Assembly (NCBI RefSeq): GCF_026571515.1
Contig: NW_026863297.1
Coordinates: 248,001-312,000 of the forward strand
Length of the DNA stretch: 64,000 bases
Direction of reading: 5' to 3'
Origin: Ruditapes philippinarum
Taxonomy: Eukaryota
Position 1 is the first letter of the stretch; each line of letters begins with the position of its first letter. Positions 1 through 11,743 of the stretch are shown one piece after another. The notes under the pieces are model-generated. The model was not told where the DNA came from. It made no database searches and worked only from the letters and a program-made list of their open reading frames with translations. The position numbers and the translations under genes were made by a program.

Positions 1-63
1 AGGAGGGTGGGAGTTGTAACTTGTGTTACTATCGCGTGTCATACTTTTCTAAGTACTTCACTA

Positions 64-239
64 CAGTACAACCTCCGTTGAGGATTATCCTTTGGAAGGC
101 AAAACCTTTTGGGTGTTACTAAGAGGTGTTGATCTAGAGAGGTTAAATTTAAAGCAAAGTCTTACTTTACGAAGAATTGAAATTGTTGTTGTTAAGAGGT
201 AATAACTTTCAAGAGGGCTGCTCTGCGGAGGTTTCACTG
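64..239. mobile_element. Tc1/mariner-type MITE
   Basis: TA|CAGTACAACCTCCG ... CGGAGGTTTCACTG|TA: imperfect TIRs and TA duplication. Confidence 0.7.
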
Positions 240-369
240 TATTAACGCGCTAATTGTAGGCATATTTCCTTCCCGCGACATGATTTTTACACAGCTTGTG
301 TTTCCGTTGCGCGAATTTTTATTTTTTTATAACATATCGGACGTCTGCAAATCGTATTACCTTCTCGCA

Positions 370-600
370 CATAGGCACTTGGTTTTGGGATAAAACCCTT
401 TTGAGATCTTTTTAAAACTGATGGAATGTAACGTTTTTTGACGTAGATGTCTCGATTCTAAAACCGTCATTTTTTTTTTCGAAATTACTAAAAACGCAAT
501 GTTGATCCATAGGCACTTGGTTTCGGGATAAAAATTGAGAGGTTTGTAGAATCCGATTTGTTCGATATGTTTTGTCTTATAAAATATGATGAAACTAAAC
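370..600 (+). mobile_element. Two truncated arms of the CATAGG fold-back MITE family
   Basis: CATAGGCACTTGGTTT(T/C)GGGATAAAA at 370 and 508 match the left arm of the element at 1425. Confidence 0.7.
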
Positions 601-1004
601 TCAAAACTTAATTCCGTTCACCTTGTGCGCAATTTTTATCACTATAATTTGTAAAACCATTAAAAGTTATGCCGTAATTTTTCGCAAACCTTTGAATCTG
701 GACTGGTCGATCACATTTTGTCGACAACGCATAACGTTATACTAATAGTTAAGAAATGTTTCAAATTCTTTAAACTATAATTTCAAAAGTTTAAGACACG
801 AAAGAAGAGAAAAAGTTTCGTTCTAAAACGGCTTTACCTTGAATGCAAATCTCCAAACAAAGTCGAAAGAAAAGACTGTTTCATCTGGTTCTCCGAACAC
901 GTCATGAAATTGTATCTGTTACAAAAAAAAAGAAACATCATTGTAGATCTAATATAAAAATAAACGATGTCAAATGCATTTTAAGTCACATAAGTAGTAG
1001 TAAC

Positions 1005-1172
1005 GCTGATGATGGAGATGATGATGATGATGATAGTGCTCGGTGTCTTTTAATACCCTAGCTAATGATGATGATAATTATGGAGATGATGATAATAATG
1101 GTAGTGGTGGTGATGATGATGATGATTATAAATATAATTACGGTGGTGGTGGTAATGATGATGATGATGATT
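1005..1172. repeat. (GAT/GGT/AAT)n trinucleotide microsatellite
   Basis: Runs of gatgatgat and ggtggtggt. Confidence 0.9.
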
Positions 1173-1424
1173 GAACGTAAATCAGATCATATACATATAA
1201 GTTTTAAGATGGGCTACATACATACAACATTGTCTAAACTAGTAAAAAACGTATTGGATATGGCTTATAAATCCCCAAGTTTTTCGTGAAAATTATAACG
1301 ATGATATTTCCTTTTAAATACCGTGTATGTATAGACCTTGCAACACACCATATAACGTATAATTAGAACTGAAAACTAATATGTTAATTTGATAAAGTTT
1401 GAATGTATAATAGCACTTTGTACA

Positions 1425-1689
1425 CATAGGCACTTGGTTTCGGGATAAAAAAAAAACCTTTTGAAGGGTTTGTAAAACTCAAATTTGATTGAATGTAACG
1501 ATTTTTAACGTATATGTCTCGATTCTAAATTCGTCATTTTTCCGATATTACTAAAAAAAACACTTGTAATATCGGAAAAATGACGAATTTAGAATCGAGA
1601 CATCTACGTTAAAAAATCGTTACATTCAATCAAATTTGAGTTCTACAAACCCTTCAAAAGGTTTTTTATCCCGAAACCAAGTGCCTATG
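1425..1689. mobile_element. Fold-back MITE with 8-bp TSD (P- or hAT-like)
   Basis: About 125-bp near-perfect inverted arms, CATAGG...CCTATG, flanked by TTTGTACA at 1417-1424 and 1690-1697. Confidence 0.88.
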
Positions 1690-1989
1690 TTTGTACACCT
1701 TTAATGTTCATAGATTAAAAATAACACGTTAGCAACATTTACCCATAATCACCTGAATTTGTCCAATGGGCTTGTTCTGTGTATAATTCGGAACTGTCCA
1801 TTGAGATTTTAATGGGTGTCAGAATTGAGCAGACGACAATAACTTACCGTCTGGCCAGACTGCACGGTATTATCTCTATATACCGGTTGCATAGCCCGGC
1901 TTAGCAAAAGATGTCATATCTCTATAATACTGGATAGGGGTTTTCAAATTCTGGCCTATCTCTAAGGTATTTCATAGACTGGCCAATGC

Positions 1990-3840
1990 CGGTTCTGGTT
2001 GGATAGACTGTCTAATCAATAATATTTACTGGTTGCATAGACTGGCCTATCTTTATAATATTAGTTGCATAGACTGGCTTATTCATGCGTTGTTAGACAG
2101 ACTGGCCTACCGATACTGGTTAAATAGACTTGCTTATCTCTATATTAGCTGCATAGACTGGCCTATAAATTCTGGTTTCGAAATCTAGGCTACCTATATG
2201 CTGGTTGCAGAGACTGGCCGATCTATGTCCTGGTCTCTTAGACAGGTATATGTCTATTCTAATTAAATACACTCCATGACCTATCTCTATTCTGGTTGCA
2301 TTGACTGGTCTGTCCCTATATATCCAGGTTGCATAAACAAGCTTATCTCTTGTTCTCGTTGCACAGTCTAACCCATAGCTATTTTCGCTGCACATACTAG
2401 CCTATCTCTATTTTGGTTGCACAGACTAGCCTATATCTATTCTGGTTGCACATGCTAGCCTCTATCTATTCTGGTTGCACAGATTAGCCTATATTTATTA
2501 TGGTTGCACATGCTATCCTCTATCTATTCTGGTTGCACAGATTATCCTCTATCTATTCTGGTTGCACAGATTAGCCTATATTTATTATGGTTTGCACAGA
2601 TAAGCCTATATTTATAATGGTTGCACATACTAGCCTCTATCTATTCTGGTTGTACAGGCTAGCCTACATCTATTCTGGTTGCACAGACTAGCCTTTATCT
2701 ATTCTGGTTGCACATACTAGCCTCTATCTATTCTTGTTGCACAGACAAGCCTATATCTATTCTGGTTGCACAGGCTAGCCTCTATCTATTCTGGTTGCAC
2801 AGATTAGCCACTATCTATTCTGGTTGCACAGACTAGCCTATATCTATTCTTGTTGCACAGGTTGGCCTATATTTATTATGGTTGCACAGATTAGCCTGTA
2901 TTTATTCTGGTTGCACAGACTAGCCTATATCTATTCTGGTTGCACAGGTTGGCCTATATTTATTATGGTTGCACAGATTAGCCTGTATTTATTATGGTTG
3001 CACATACTAGGCTTCTGGTTGCACAGACTAGCCTCTATCTATTCTGGTTGCACAGACTAGCCTATATCTATTCTGGTTGCACAGATTAGCCACTATCTAT
3101 TCTGGTTGCACAGACTAGCCTCTATCTATTCTGGTTGCACAGACTATTCTCTATCTATTCTGAATGCACAGACTAGCCTCTATCTATTCTGGTTGCACAG
3201 ACTAGCCTCTATCTGTTCTGGTTGCACAGACTAGCTTCTATCTATTCTGGTTGCACAGACTAGCCTCTATCTGTTCTGGTTGCACAGACTAGCCTCTCTA
3301 TCTGTTCAGGTTGCACAGACTAACTTCTATCTATTCTGGTTGCACATACTAGCCTCTATCTATTCTGGTTGCACATACTAGCCTATATCTGTTCTGGTTG
3401 CACATACTAGCCTCTATCTGTTCTGGTTGCACAGACTAGACTCTATCTATTCTGGTTGCACAGACTAGCCTGTATCTATTCTGGTTGCAAAGACTAGCCT
3501 CTATCTATTCTGGTTGCACAGACTAGCCTATATCTATTCTGGTTGCACAGACTATCCTCTATCTATTCTGGTTTCATATACTAGCCTTTCTACATTCTGG
3601 TTACATAGACTGGTCTATCCATAAACCGGCTTATTTAAATACTGGTTGATACTGACCGACCTATCTCGATATTGGTTGCATAAACTGGCCTATCTCTAAT
3701 GTGGTTTCATCTCTATTTAGGTGCACTGACTAATCTATCTATACTTTTTGCACTTGACTGCCCTATATCTTACTGGTTGAATACGGGTGTATCCCTGAAT
3801 TACATAAACTGACCTACATTTTTTCTGGCTTCATAGGCAT
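1990..3840. repeat. 29-bp minisatellite (GACTAGCCTCTATCTATTCTGGTTGCACA); homogeneous core about 2390-3600, degenerate flanks
   Basis: About 40 clear tandem units read directly. Confidence 0.95.
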
Positions 3841-5297
3841 ATCAATATCACTGCTAGCAAAGCAAAAAATAAAAAAAATATCCCATGACACCAGCCATTT
3901 GGTAACGGTTTCATGAGTTGATATAGAAAAAAAATGATATCATATTACATATATAGTAATTAATGTTTAACAAAGTATAATATTTATCAAATATAATTGC
4001 TTGAAATAATGTACATGTATTTTTGGTCTTTGCACGAAATAGTCATCTGATATCCGACATTTGTATATAGCGATGAAAAATATCATAAATCAGTATCAAT
4101 ATTTCCAACTGAATTTAGCGTTTGTGATGATTAAAGAGCAGTTATCCAGTATTTCACTGGTCGTTAGCTGTACTTTATTGTCCCAACCCTAGTTTTCCAC
4201 TTGGTCGGCAATTGACAAAATCTGAAACATTTCGGGTCATGTAACAAGCTAGTGAAGATAATTTTAGTGCGAAAAATAGCGTTGTATTATTGCTTTCTTT
4301 ATGAAAATTCTCGTTAAATATCTGGTTACAATAAACAATGATTTCCGCCAGTACATCACAGAAGAAAAGTGACATATGTTAGAAAGTAAATGGCCAAGTG
4401 TTATCTTTTCATCAAGAGCATCCCGACTTCGATATATTATAGTATAAATTTAACAAAAGAATGCTTCATTTTTCTTTCATGTAGAGTACCATCAAAAATA
4501 AAGTAGTAATAGTATAGCGTAGTAGTAAAAATGGTATTATATATAACAGACTCTCCTTGTTTTTTTTTTTTTTTTTTTTTTTTTTGTTTTTTTTTTTTTT
4601 AAGCAGTGGCGTTTCTCACTTAAATGAGATTAGGCATTTGTCTCTTGGTTCAAAGAAAAATATCGCAAAATTGCTTATTTAGGAAGTAAAAAAGCTGGTG
4701 TAAGTCCAGATTTTGGGGAAAACTGCATGATTTTAAAGAAAATTTCAATTGAGAAGAGGCCTTTTATATGTTATCTCTGTTACAGAAGGTGAAAAGAAAA
4801 AACAAAAAGAAAGAAAAAACTGAAAAGATACGGGTACGTGGTGGCGTGGGGATCTTCTACAAGATATGAAAGCATGTTTTCATGGAACAAATAATTGTGT
4901 CAAGTATATTCAAAGTACATAATAAGCTGAGTTTTCCTGTAAATAATTAAATTCCTTTCTTTTATATAAAAAAAGGATCATATAACAATTAACTTGTAGA
5001 ATAATCGGTTTTTTTTAAACAAATACTGCAGTGTTTTACCTTGATTTTCGCGTTTTACATGATCTTCAATTCCTAATGGGGAAAGACATTGCATTAACAT
5101 AAAACATGTTGAAATACAGAGAAAATCTTTAAAAAGTCTACAGTAATCCATCGTCAAAAAACAAAACAAAAAACAAACAAACAAACAAACAAACAAAAAA
5201 CCAGAAGAACTGATAATTTCTAAATGTATTTCATATATTGCTTAATTAAATATATATTTGTATGTGATACAATGCTAGTATTATATGTATTGCATAC

Positions 5298-5432
5298 CTT
5301 TATATGGTCGTGTAAGTTTTCAGGGTCCCTGTTTTTCAGGTCTATCTCCTCTCCTTTTGTGACGTCAGCAGTGGTCACCTTGTCTTCCCCGACCGTTAGC
5401 TTAATTTCTCCTCCATTACTATCCGAAGCCAT
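5298..5432 (-). CDS. CAV: Caveolin family protein, first coding exon (45 codons; remaining exons not found in window)
   Basis: Translates MASDSNGGEIKLTVGEDKVTTADVTKGEEIDLKNRDPENLHDHIK. EIDLxNRDPxxLxD..K matches the caveolin segment just before the FEDVIAEP signature. Ends at a phase-0 donor AAG|GTATGC (5297). Confidence 0.85.
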
Positions 5433-6373
5433 TTCATCCGTGAAAAACTAACAAATTTCGAAAATAACGTGCAGAAAAAAGAAAAAATTCTATATACACA
5501 ATAACTCCGTCGCGCCTTACTGCCTGTAACCGACTTAACTACTTTCCTCCAAGTGTATTAGCATCACGGGTCACTACTTCAACAATGTAAAAATGTCATT
5601 GATGAAATGACAGCTCTACCCGTCTTTTTTATACAATCCATCCCATGCAATAAAAGATACAGTTTTTTTAACCCTAATCTTTCGTCATCCAAGCCAGGTT
5701 TAGTTCTGAAACAGATAAATTAAAATCATTTAAGATTATTTAAGATACGTTTTTTTCTTCTTTTCTTTTTTAAAAAAAGAAATACCTTTTGGGACCTAAT
5801 TACAAAATGTAACAAAAAAAAAAAAAAAAAAAAAAAAACTGTCTTAATTAATCCTTAGCCCAAGACGTGTGCTGTATTCACAGTTGAACCTCAGATTAAC
5901 TACTGGATATTTCACTTTTCAAGACTACTTAATTTTCTGATATAGAATCTCATTGAATACAATTATTATGCATTATTATAAACGTTGAAATATCTTTTTT
6001 TTTCAAAACGGCTTACATTAAGTTTTTTTGGTATATATATGATCAGTGCATGTGCTGGGATTGACAAATATACATTTTATTTGGATTTTAGAGGCGTTTT
6101 GAGGTCCACACCCCAAGTGTCTTTGTGTCAAAGTCAACGGATTTATATTACATATAAATCCGTGATAAAGTCCCATAGTATATCTGTTATTATTATACAA
6201 TCTCAAATATGACGACTTTTTCATCATTACAGATTCTCAATGAAAAGCAAAATTTGTAAACCTCCTTGTTATATTTAGTGGTTTCATGCCGTCACAATTT
6301 TTCTGTAATGAATATTTCTTCCTACGAACACTGAACAACAGCCTCGTTTTGAGAACGTGCAAACGAAGCCGAC
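5433..6373. promoter_or_regulatory. Divergent (head-to-head) promoter region, caveolin / ATP5F1C
   Basis: Start codons are about 940 bp apart on opposite strands; CpG retained near both starts; TATAAAA on - strand at 5627-5633. Confidence 0.55.
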
Positions 6374-6411
6374 ATGTTCTCCAGAAGTGCTCAAATTTTT
6401 GTGGCTCCCGG
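6374..6411 (+). CDS. ATP5F1C: ATP synthase gamma exon 1 ([13 protein letters not shown], mitochondrial presequence)
   Basis: ATG at 6374; donor GG|GTAAAC; phase 2 fits exon 2; MFSR start typical of animal gamma presequences. Confidence 0.85.
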
Positions 6412-9400
6412 GTAAACTACATATTAATTACACCTGTTGACCAGCAGATGCCTAGCTTTTAAATTGTTCTTTATAATCAATGCCTGTTTAGTATTGCCAC
6501 CTTTGTTGTTTTGATGAAAATTAGATATTTGTTCAAGGTCATTTTCCTCTTGTGTAGATCTATCCCATTCCCAATCAGCAAGTTAAACACATCCTACTAT
6601 ATAGTATATAAACGTTTGCCTGCTATCCTTGCTTGGTAGATGTCCTGGCTATCTCAAAATCAACCTGTTAAAAACCTTGTGCACCTGTCAAATTATATAA
6701 AACCATGTCTCTAATATCATTTAGAATAGAATAAATTTATTGTTATGAATATGATAGATATGAATCCTGGGGAAATATTCTTCTTATCAAGTTTGTAAAC
6801 TTGCAATGCACACGGATATCAAATCTTAACATTAAATTACCAGGGTTCTACAAACCCTTTAGTCGGACGTCTGGGACAACTCTAAAACCACTTCGGACAA
6901 CTGACATTTACTTGAATAAGCAGAAAGTCAACAAATTTTGACAGATCTATGCTTATTTTGGACAACGGTTTACTAATACAATCAAACACAGCATGGTGCA
7001 TCAGTTATCAATTTCAGCAGGCGATTAATTTCACATTGCCACATGCAATCAAAATAGATTAGACTACTTTTGTTAAGAAAATTATAAACAAAGTGGACAT
7101 GAAAAAAATCTATTAAGTCACAGAAAAAATAAAGTAAAACTGAAACAAAACATACACAGACTATTGACGGTGATTCTTGCTTATATAACAAGACTCCGAT
7201 AAAAGGCCTCTTTGCTAATCAGGATTTTATTTAAAATCATGCAGTTTCCCCAAAAATGTGAACTTAAACAGGTCTGCTTATTTACCTCCCAAATTAGCAA
7301 TTTTATTATTAGCGATAATTTTTCCCTAAATCAAGCGGCAAAGGCCTCTTCCCAATTAAGTGAGAAAAATCACTGATTGAACTTAAATGTTATAACAGCG
7401 CTGAAAGGTACCTGGGAAGATTGCTGAACAATTAAAATGGTGGCACTTCCAAAATGTTTGGGGTGAAGGACTGTATGAAATTGTTTTTCTTGATATAATA
7501 TAAAGACATAAATTTTTGTAGTCAGTATTTGTAAATGTATTACATGTACATTTGTAAATGTATCTTGTTTTTGTTTTCAGCACTCAGGTGCGTGGGATGG
7601 CCACATTGAAAGAAAGTAAGTTTATAATTTGATACATGTGTTATTATAAAATTGTTATTATTAGATTGTATTTACTTTGCACAGCAATCAATATAAATAG
7701 GATATTTTTTCTGTATAAATTTATAAATAAAGAATTATGCAAATAATAAAAGTAGGTCACAAAAATTCCCAGTAATTTAGCAGTCTGTTCTTCTGACATT
7801 GAATGACTAAGTTGTTAAAAGTTAAAATTGAATGCAGCTACAATGTTCTGTATAAACAATTTTCAGCAATATAGAAATAATTTCTTAGTTCTTTATAACT
7901 AAGAGATTTCATAAAGGGTGTAGTGGCCTAGTGGTTAATATGTTTGCCTCTAACTCCAGGTACATGTACACGTGTCATGGACAGTCACACCATGTTTATT
8001 CACTAGTCTAGGCACCAGTACTGGTTTGTTCCAGTTCTGATAAATATAAGTTGTAAGAACAGTCAAGCTGAAATAAATAAGTTCAAACTAATGAGAAGTT
8101 ATTTTTTGAACAGTTCGGCTGCGTTTGAAGTCTGTACAGAATATTCAGAAGATCACTAAGTCAATGAAGATGGTGTCAGCTGCTAAATATGCTCGTGCAG
8201 AAAGAGACCTAAGATCAGCAAGGTCCTATGGTATTGGGGCTGATGGTGCGTATTTCTTTTTGATCACAATTAGGGGTGATAAGGTTAGCTAATATGCTGA
8301 GGTTTAAATGGTGACATGATAACCGTATTAAATGTTTAACCAACCGTACAAAAAGAACTCTTACATTTAAAACATTATCTTTGTTACTGTATGACAAGTT
8401 ATGACATTTATTTTGTATGTTCTACTCAACAAGATTTCAACAAATATCCAATGAAAGAGTCACTATTTTCTGCTAGGTCCGTACTGTATACAAGATAGCA
8501 TGCAATTGAGAAAATACACAGATGTACGACTAAATTAAAAACAAAATGCCATACCTGGTCATAATTAAACAAAAGCAATATATTAAATCATTCTTAAATG
8601 TCTTTTACTGTTGGTCTAATACTAACATCGGTTACAGTTTATTGGATTTTTTAACCTTTTTTTGGCTAAAACCGAACCCGTTTAAACGGATGAACTTGGC
8701 ACCCTAATTATACCCCCGCACAACAAAGTTGTAAGGGGGGTATACTGGAATCAGCCTGTCCGTCCGTCTGGCTGTCCGTCGGTTTTTTCTTGTCCGCCCA
8801 ATAACTTAAGATTCCTTTGACCCTTAGTCTTCATATTTGGCATGGAGGTTAGTCATGATTAGTAGATGACCCCTATTGATTTTGAGGTCACTAGGTCAAA
8901 GGTCAAGGTCACAGGGACCTTGACATCAAAAAGCTTGTCCGCCCAATAACTTAAGATTCCTTTTAACCCATAGTCTTCATATTTGGCATTTAGGTTAGTC
9001 ATGATTAGTAGATGACCCCTATTGATTTTGAGGTCACCAGGTCAAAGGTCAAGGTCACAGGGGCCTTGACTTCAAAAAGCTTGTCCGCCCAATAACTTTA
9101 GATTCCTTTGACCCACAGTCTTCATATTTGGCATGGAGGCTAGTCATGATAAGTAGATGACCCCTATTGACTTTGAGGTCAAAGGTCCAGGTCATAGGGG
9201 CCATGACTTCAAAAAGCTTGTCCGCCCAATAACTTAAGATTCCTTTTACCCAGAGTCTTCATATTTGGCATGGAGGTTAGTCATGATTAGTAGATGACCC
9301 CTTTTGACTTTGAGGTCACCAGGTCAAAGGTCAAGGTCACAGGGGCCTTGACTTCAAAAAGCTTGTCCGCCCTATAACTTGAGATTCCTTTGACCCACAG

Positions 9401-11712
9401 TCTTCATATTTGGCATGGAGGTTAGTCATGATTAGTAGATGACCCCTATTGATTTTGAGGTCACCAGGTCAAAGGTCAAGGTCACAGGGGCCTTGACTTC
9501 AAAAAGCTTGTCCGCCCAATAACTTAAGATTCCTTTGACCCACAGTCTTCATATTTGGAATGGAGGTTAGTCATGATTAGTAGATGACCCCTATTGATTT
9601 TGAGGTCACCAGGTCAAAGGTCAAGGTCACAGGGACTTTGACTTCAAAAAGTTTGTCCACCCATTAACTTAAGATTCCTTTGACCCACAGTCTTCATATT
9701 TGGCATGGATGTTAATCATGATTAGTAGATGACCCCTTTTGATTTTGAGGTCACCAGGTCAAAGGTCAAGGTCACAGGGACTTTGACTTCAAAAAGTTTG
9801 TCTGCCCAATAACTTTAGATTCCTTTGACCCACAGTCTTCATATTTGGCATGGATGTTTATCATGATTAGTAGATGACCCCTTTTGATTTTGAGGTCACT
9901 GGATCAAAGGTCAAGGTCATAGGGACTTTGACTTCAAAAAGTTTGTCCACCCATTAACTTAAGATTCCTTTGACCCACAGTCTTCATATTTGGCATGGAT
10001 GTTGATCATGACTATAAGGTGACCCCTATTGATTTTGAGGTCACTGGGTCAAAGGTCAATGTCACAGGGACCTTGACAAAAAAAAGCTTTTCTTCTCAAT
10101 TGCTAAAGAATGTCCTGTCCGCAATGTATTGATTTTGACATTTTCACATTTGAAGGATGTAGTAACCTCAGATTTGGCAGGGAGGTTGTCCTTGAGCTCT
10201 AAATGGCCACTGTTGATTCTGACAAAGTGGTATGCGGGGGTATTCACGCCATGATAGTGGCAGTTCTAGTTATTTCTGATTCCATTCACATAAAGTTGTG
10301 TCTGTTAATCTTATTAAGTAAATTCACTAATAAAAATTATTCTTTTTAAGTTACGTTTTTTTGAATAAAAGGGTTTATTATTTTGATATTAAAATCCCTT
10401 ATTAAAAGCAGGACAAACAATTTAGCAGGTTTAATGTATAATTTTATTAATATCATCTTGTCAAGAGTAGGTTACATTTATATATTGTAAATAAAAAAAA
10501 ATTATCCCAGACTTTACACATAAATGAAGATTGAATTAGGATTGAATGCAAGAAATTGATTAGGCTTGTGTTCACAATTGTGGCTGTGGAGTAGAATTTT
10601 TGTTATTATGTAAAGAAAGAATACTATGTTCCATGCTCTGTTTATATTTTTTTGTTCAGCATTTTTTGAGAAGATAGCCCCAGAAGAAAAAGAAACAGAG
10701 GGCAAGAAGAGTCAAGTGTTTATTGCTATGACTTCTGACAGGGGATTGTGCGGTGGTGTACACTCGAATGTCTGTAGAGCTATCAAGGCAAAAATGAACG
10801 CCAAGGAGTCCGGTGTCGAGACCAAATTGATACTCATCGGTGATAAAGCCAGGAATATATTACAGAGGTTTGTTTTTAGCTCGACTATTCGAAGAATATG
10901 AGAGCTATTGTAGTCGCCCCGGCGTCGGCGTTGGCGTCTGCGTTGGTTAAAGTTTTTTGTAAAGTCAAATATCTCAATTATTTCTTGAGATATTCAATTG
11001 AAACTTACAATACTTATTTATAGTAACAAGGTACATCAGATTGACAAGTTGGATAACTCTGCCTACAATATTGACAGAATTATGCCCCTTTTTAATTTAG
11101 AAATTTTGGTTAAAGTTTTTTGTAAAGTCAAATATCTCAATTATTTCTTGAGATATTCAATTGAAACTTACAATACTTATTTATAGTAACAAGGTACATC
11201 AGATTGACAAGTTGGATAACTCTGCCTACAATATTGACAGAATTATGCCCCTTTTTAACTTAGAAATTTTGGTTAAAGTTTTTTGTAAAGTCAAATATCT
11301 CAACTATTGCTTGAGATATTCAATTGAAACTTACAATACTTATTTATAGTAACAAGGTACATCAGATTGACAAGTTGGATAACTCTGCCTACAATATTTG
11401 CAGAATTATGCCCCTTTTTAACTAAGAAATTTTGGTTAAAGTTTTTTGTAAAGTCAAATATCTCAATTATTGCTTGAGATATTCAATTGAAACTTACAAT
11501 ACTTATTTATAGTAACAAGGTACATCAGATTGACAAGTTGGATAACTCTGCCTACAATATTTGCAGAATTATGCCCCTTTGGAACTTAGAAATTTTGGTT
11601 AAAGTTTTCTTGTAAAGTCAAATATCTCAATTATTGCTTGAGATATTCAATTGAAATTTAAAATACTTTTTATGCCACCGCAGCATCTGCGATGCGGTGG
11701 CATATAGCGATT

Positions 11713-11743
<31 letters not shown>

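Noticed and set aside
2390-3600. CRISPR-like 29-bp periodicity
   Set aside because: Units are contiguous with no unique spacers, there are no cas genes, and the context is a spliced eukaryotic genome.
4175-4375. ORF containing FCDVLAEI as possible caveolin exon 2 (FEDVIAEP-like)
   Set aside because: No suitable acceptor in frame and no scaffolding or hairpin domain follows; treated as chance similarity.
10998-11349. Two near-identical 62-aa ORFs
   Set aside because: Adjacent 163-bp units of a non-autonomous element, not duplicated genes.
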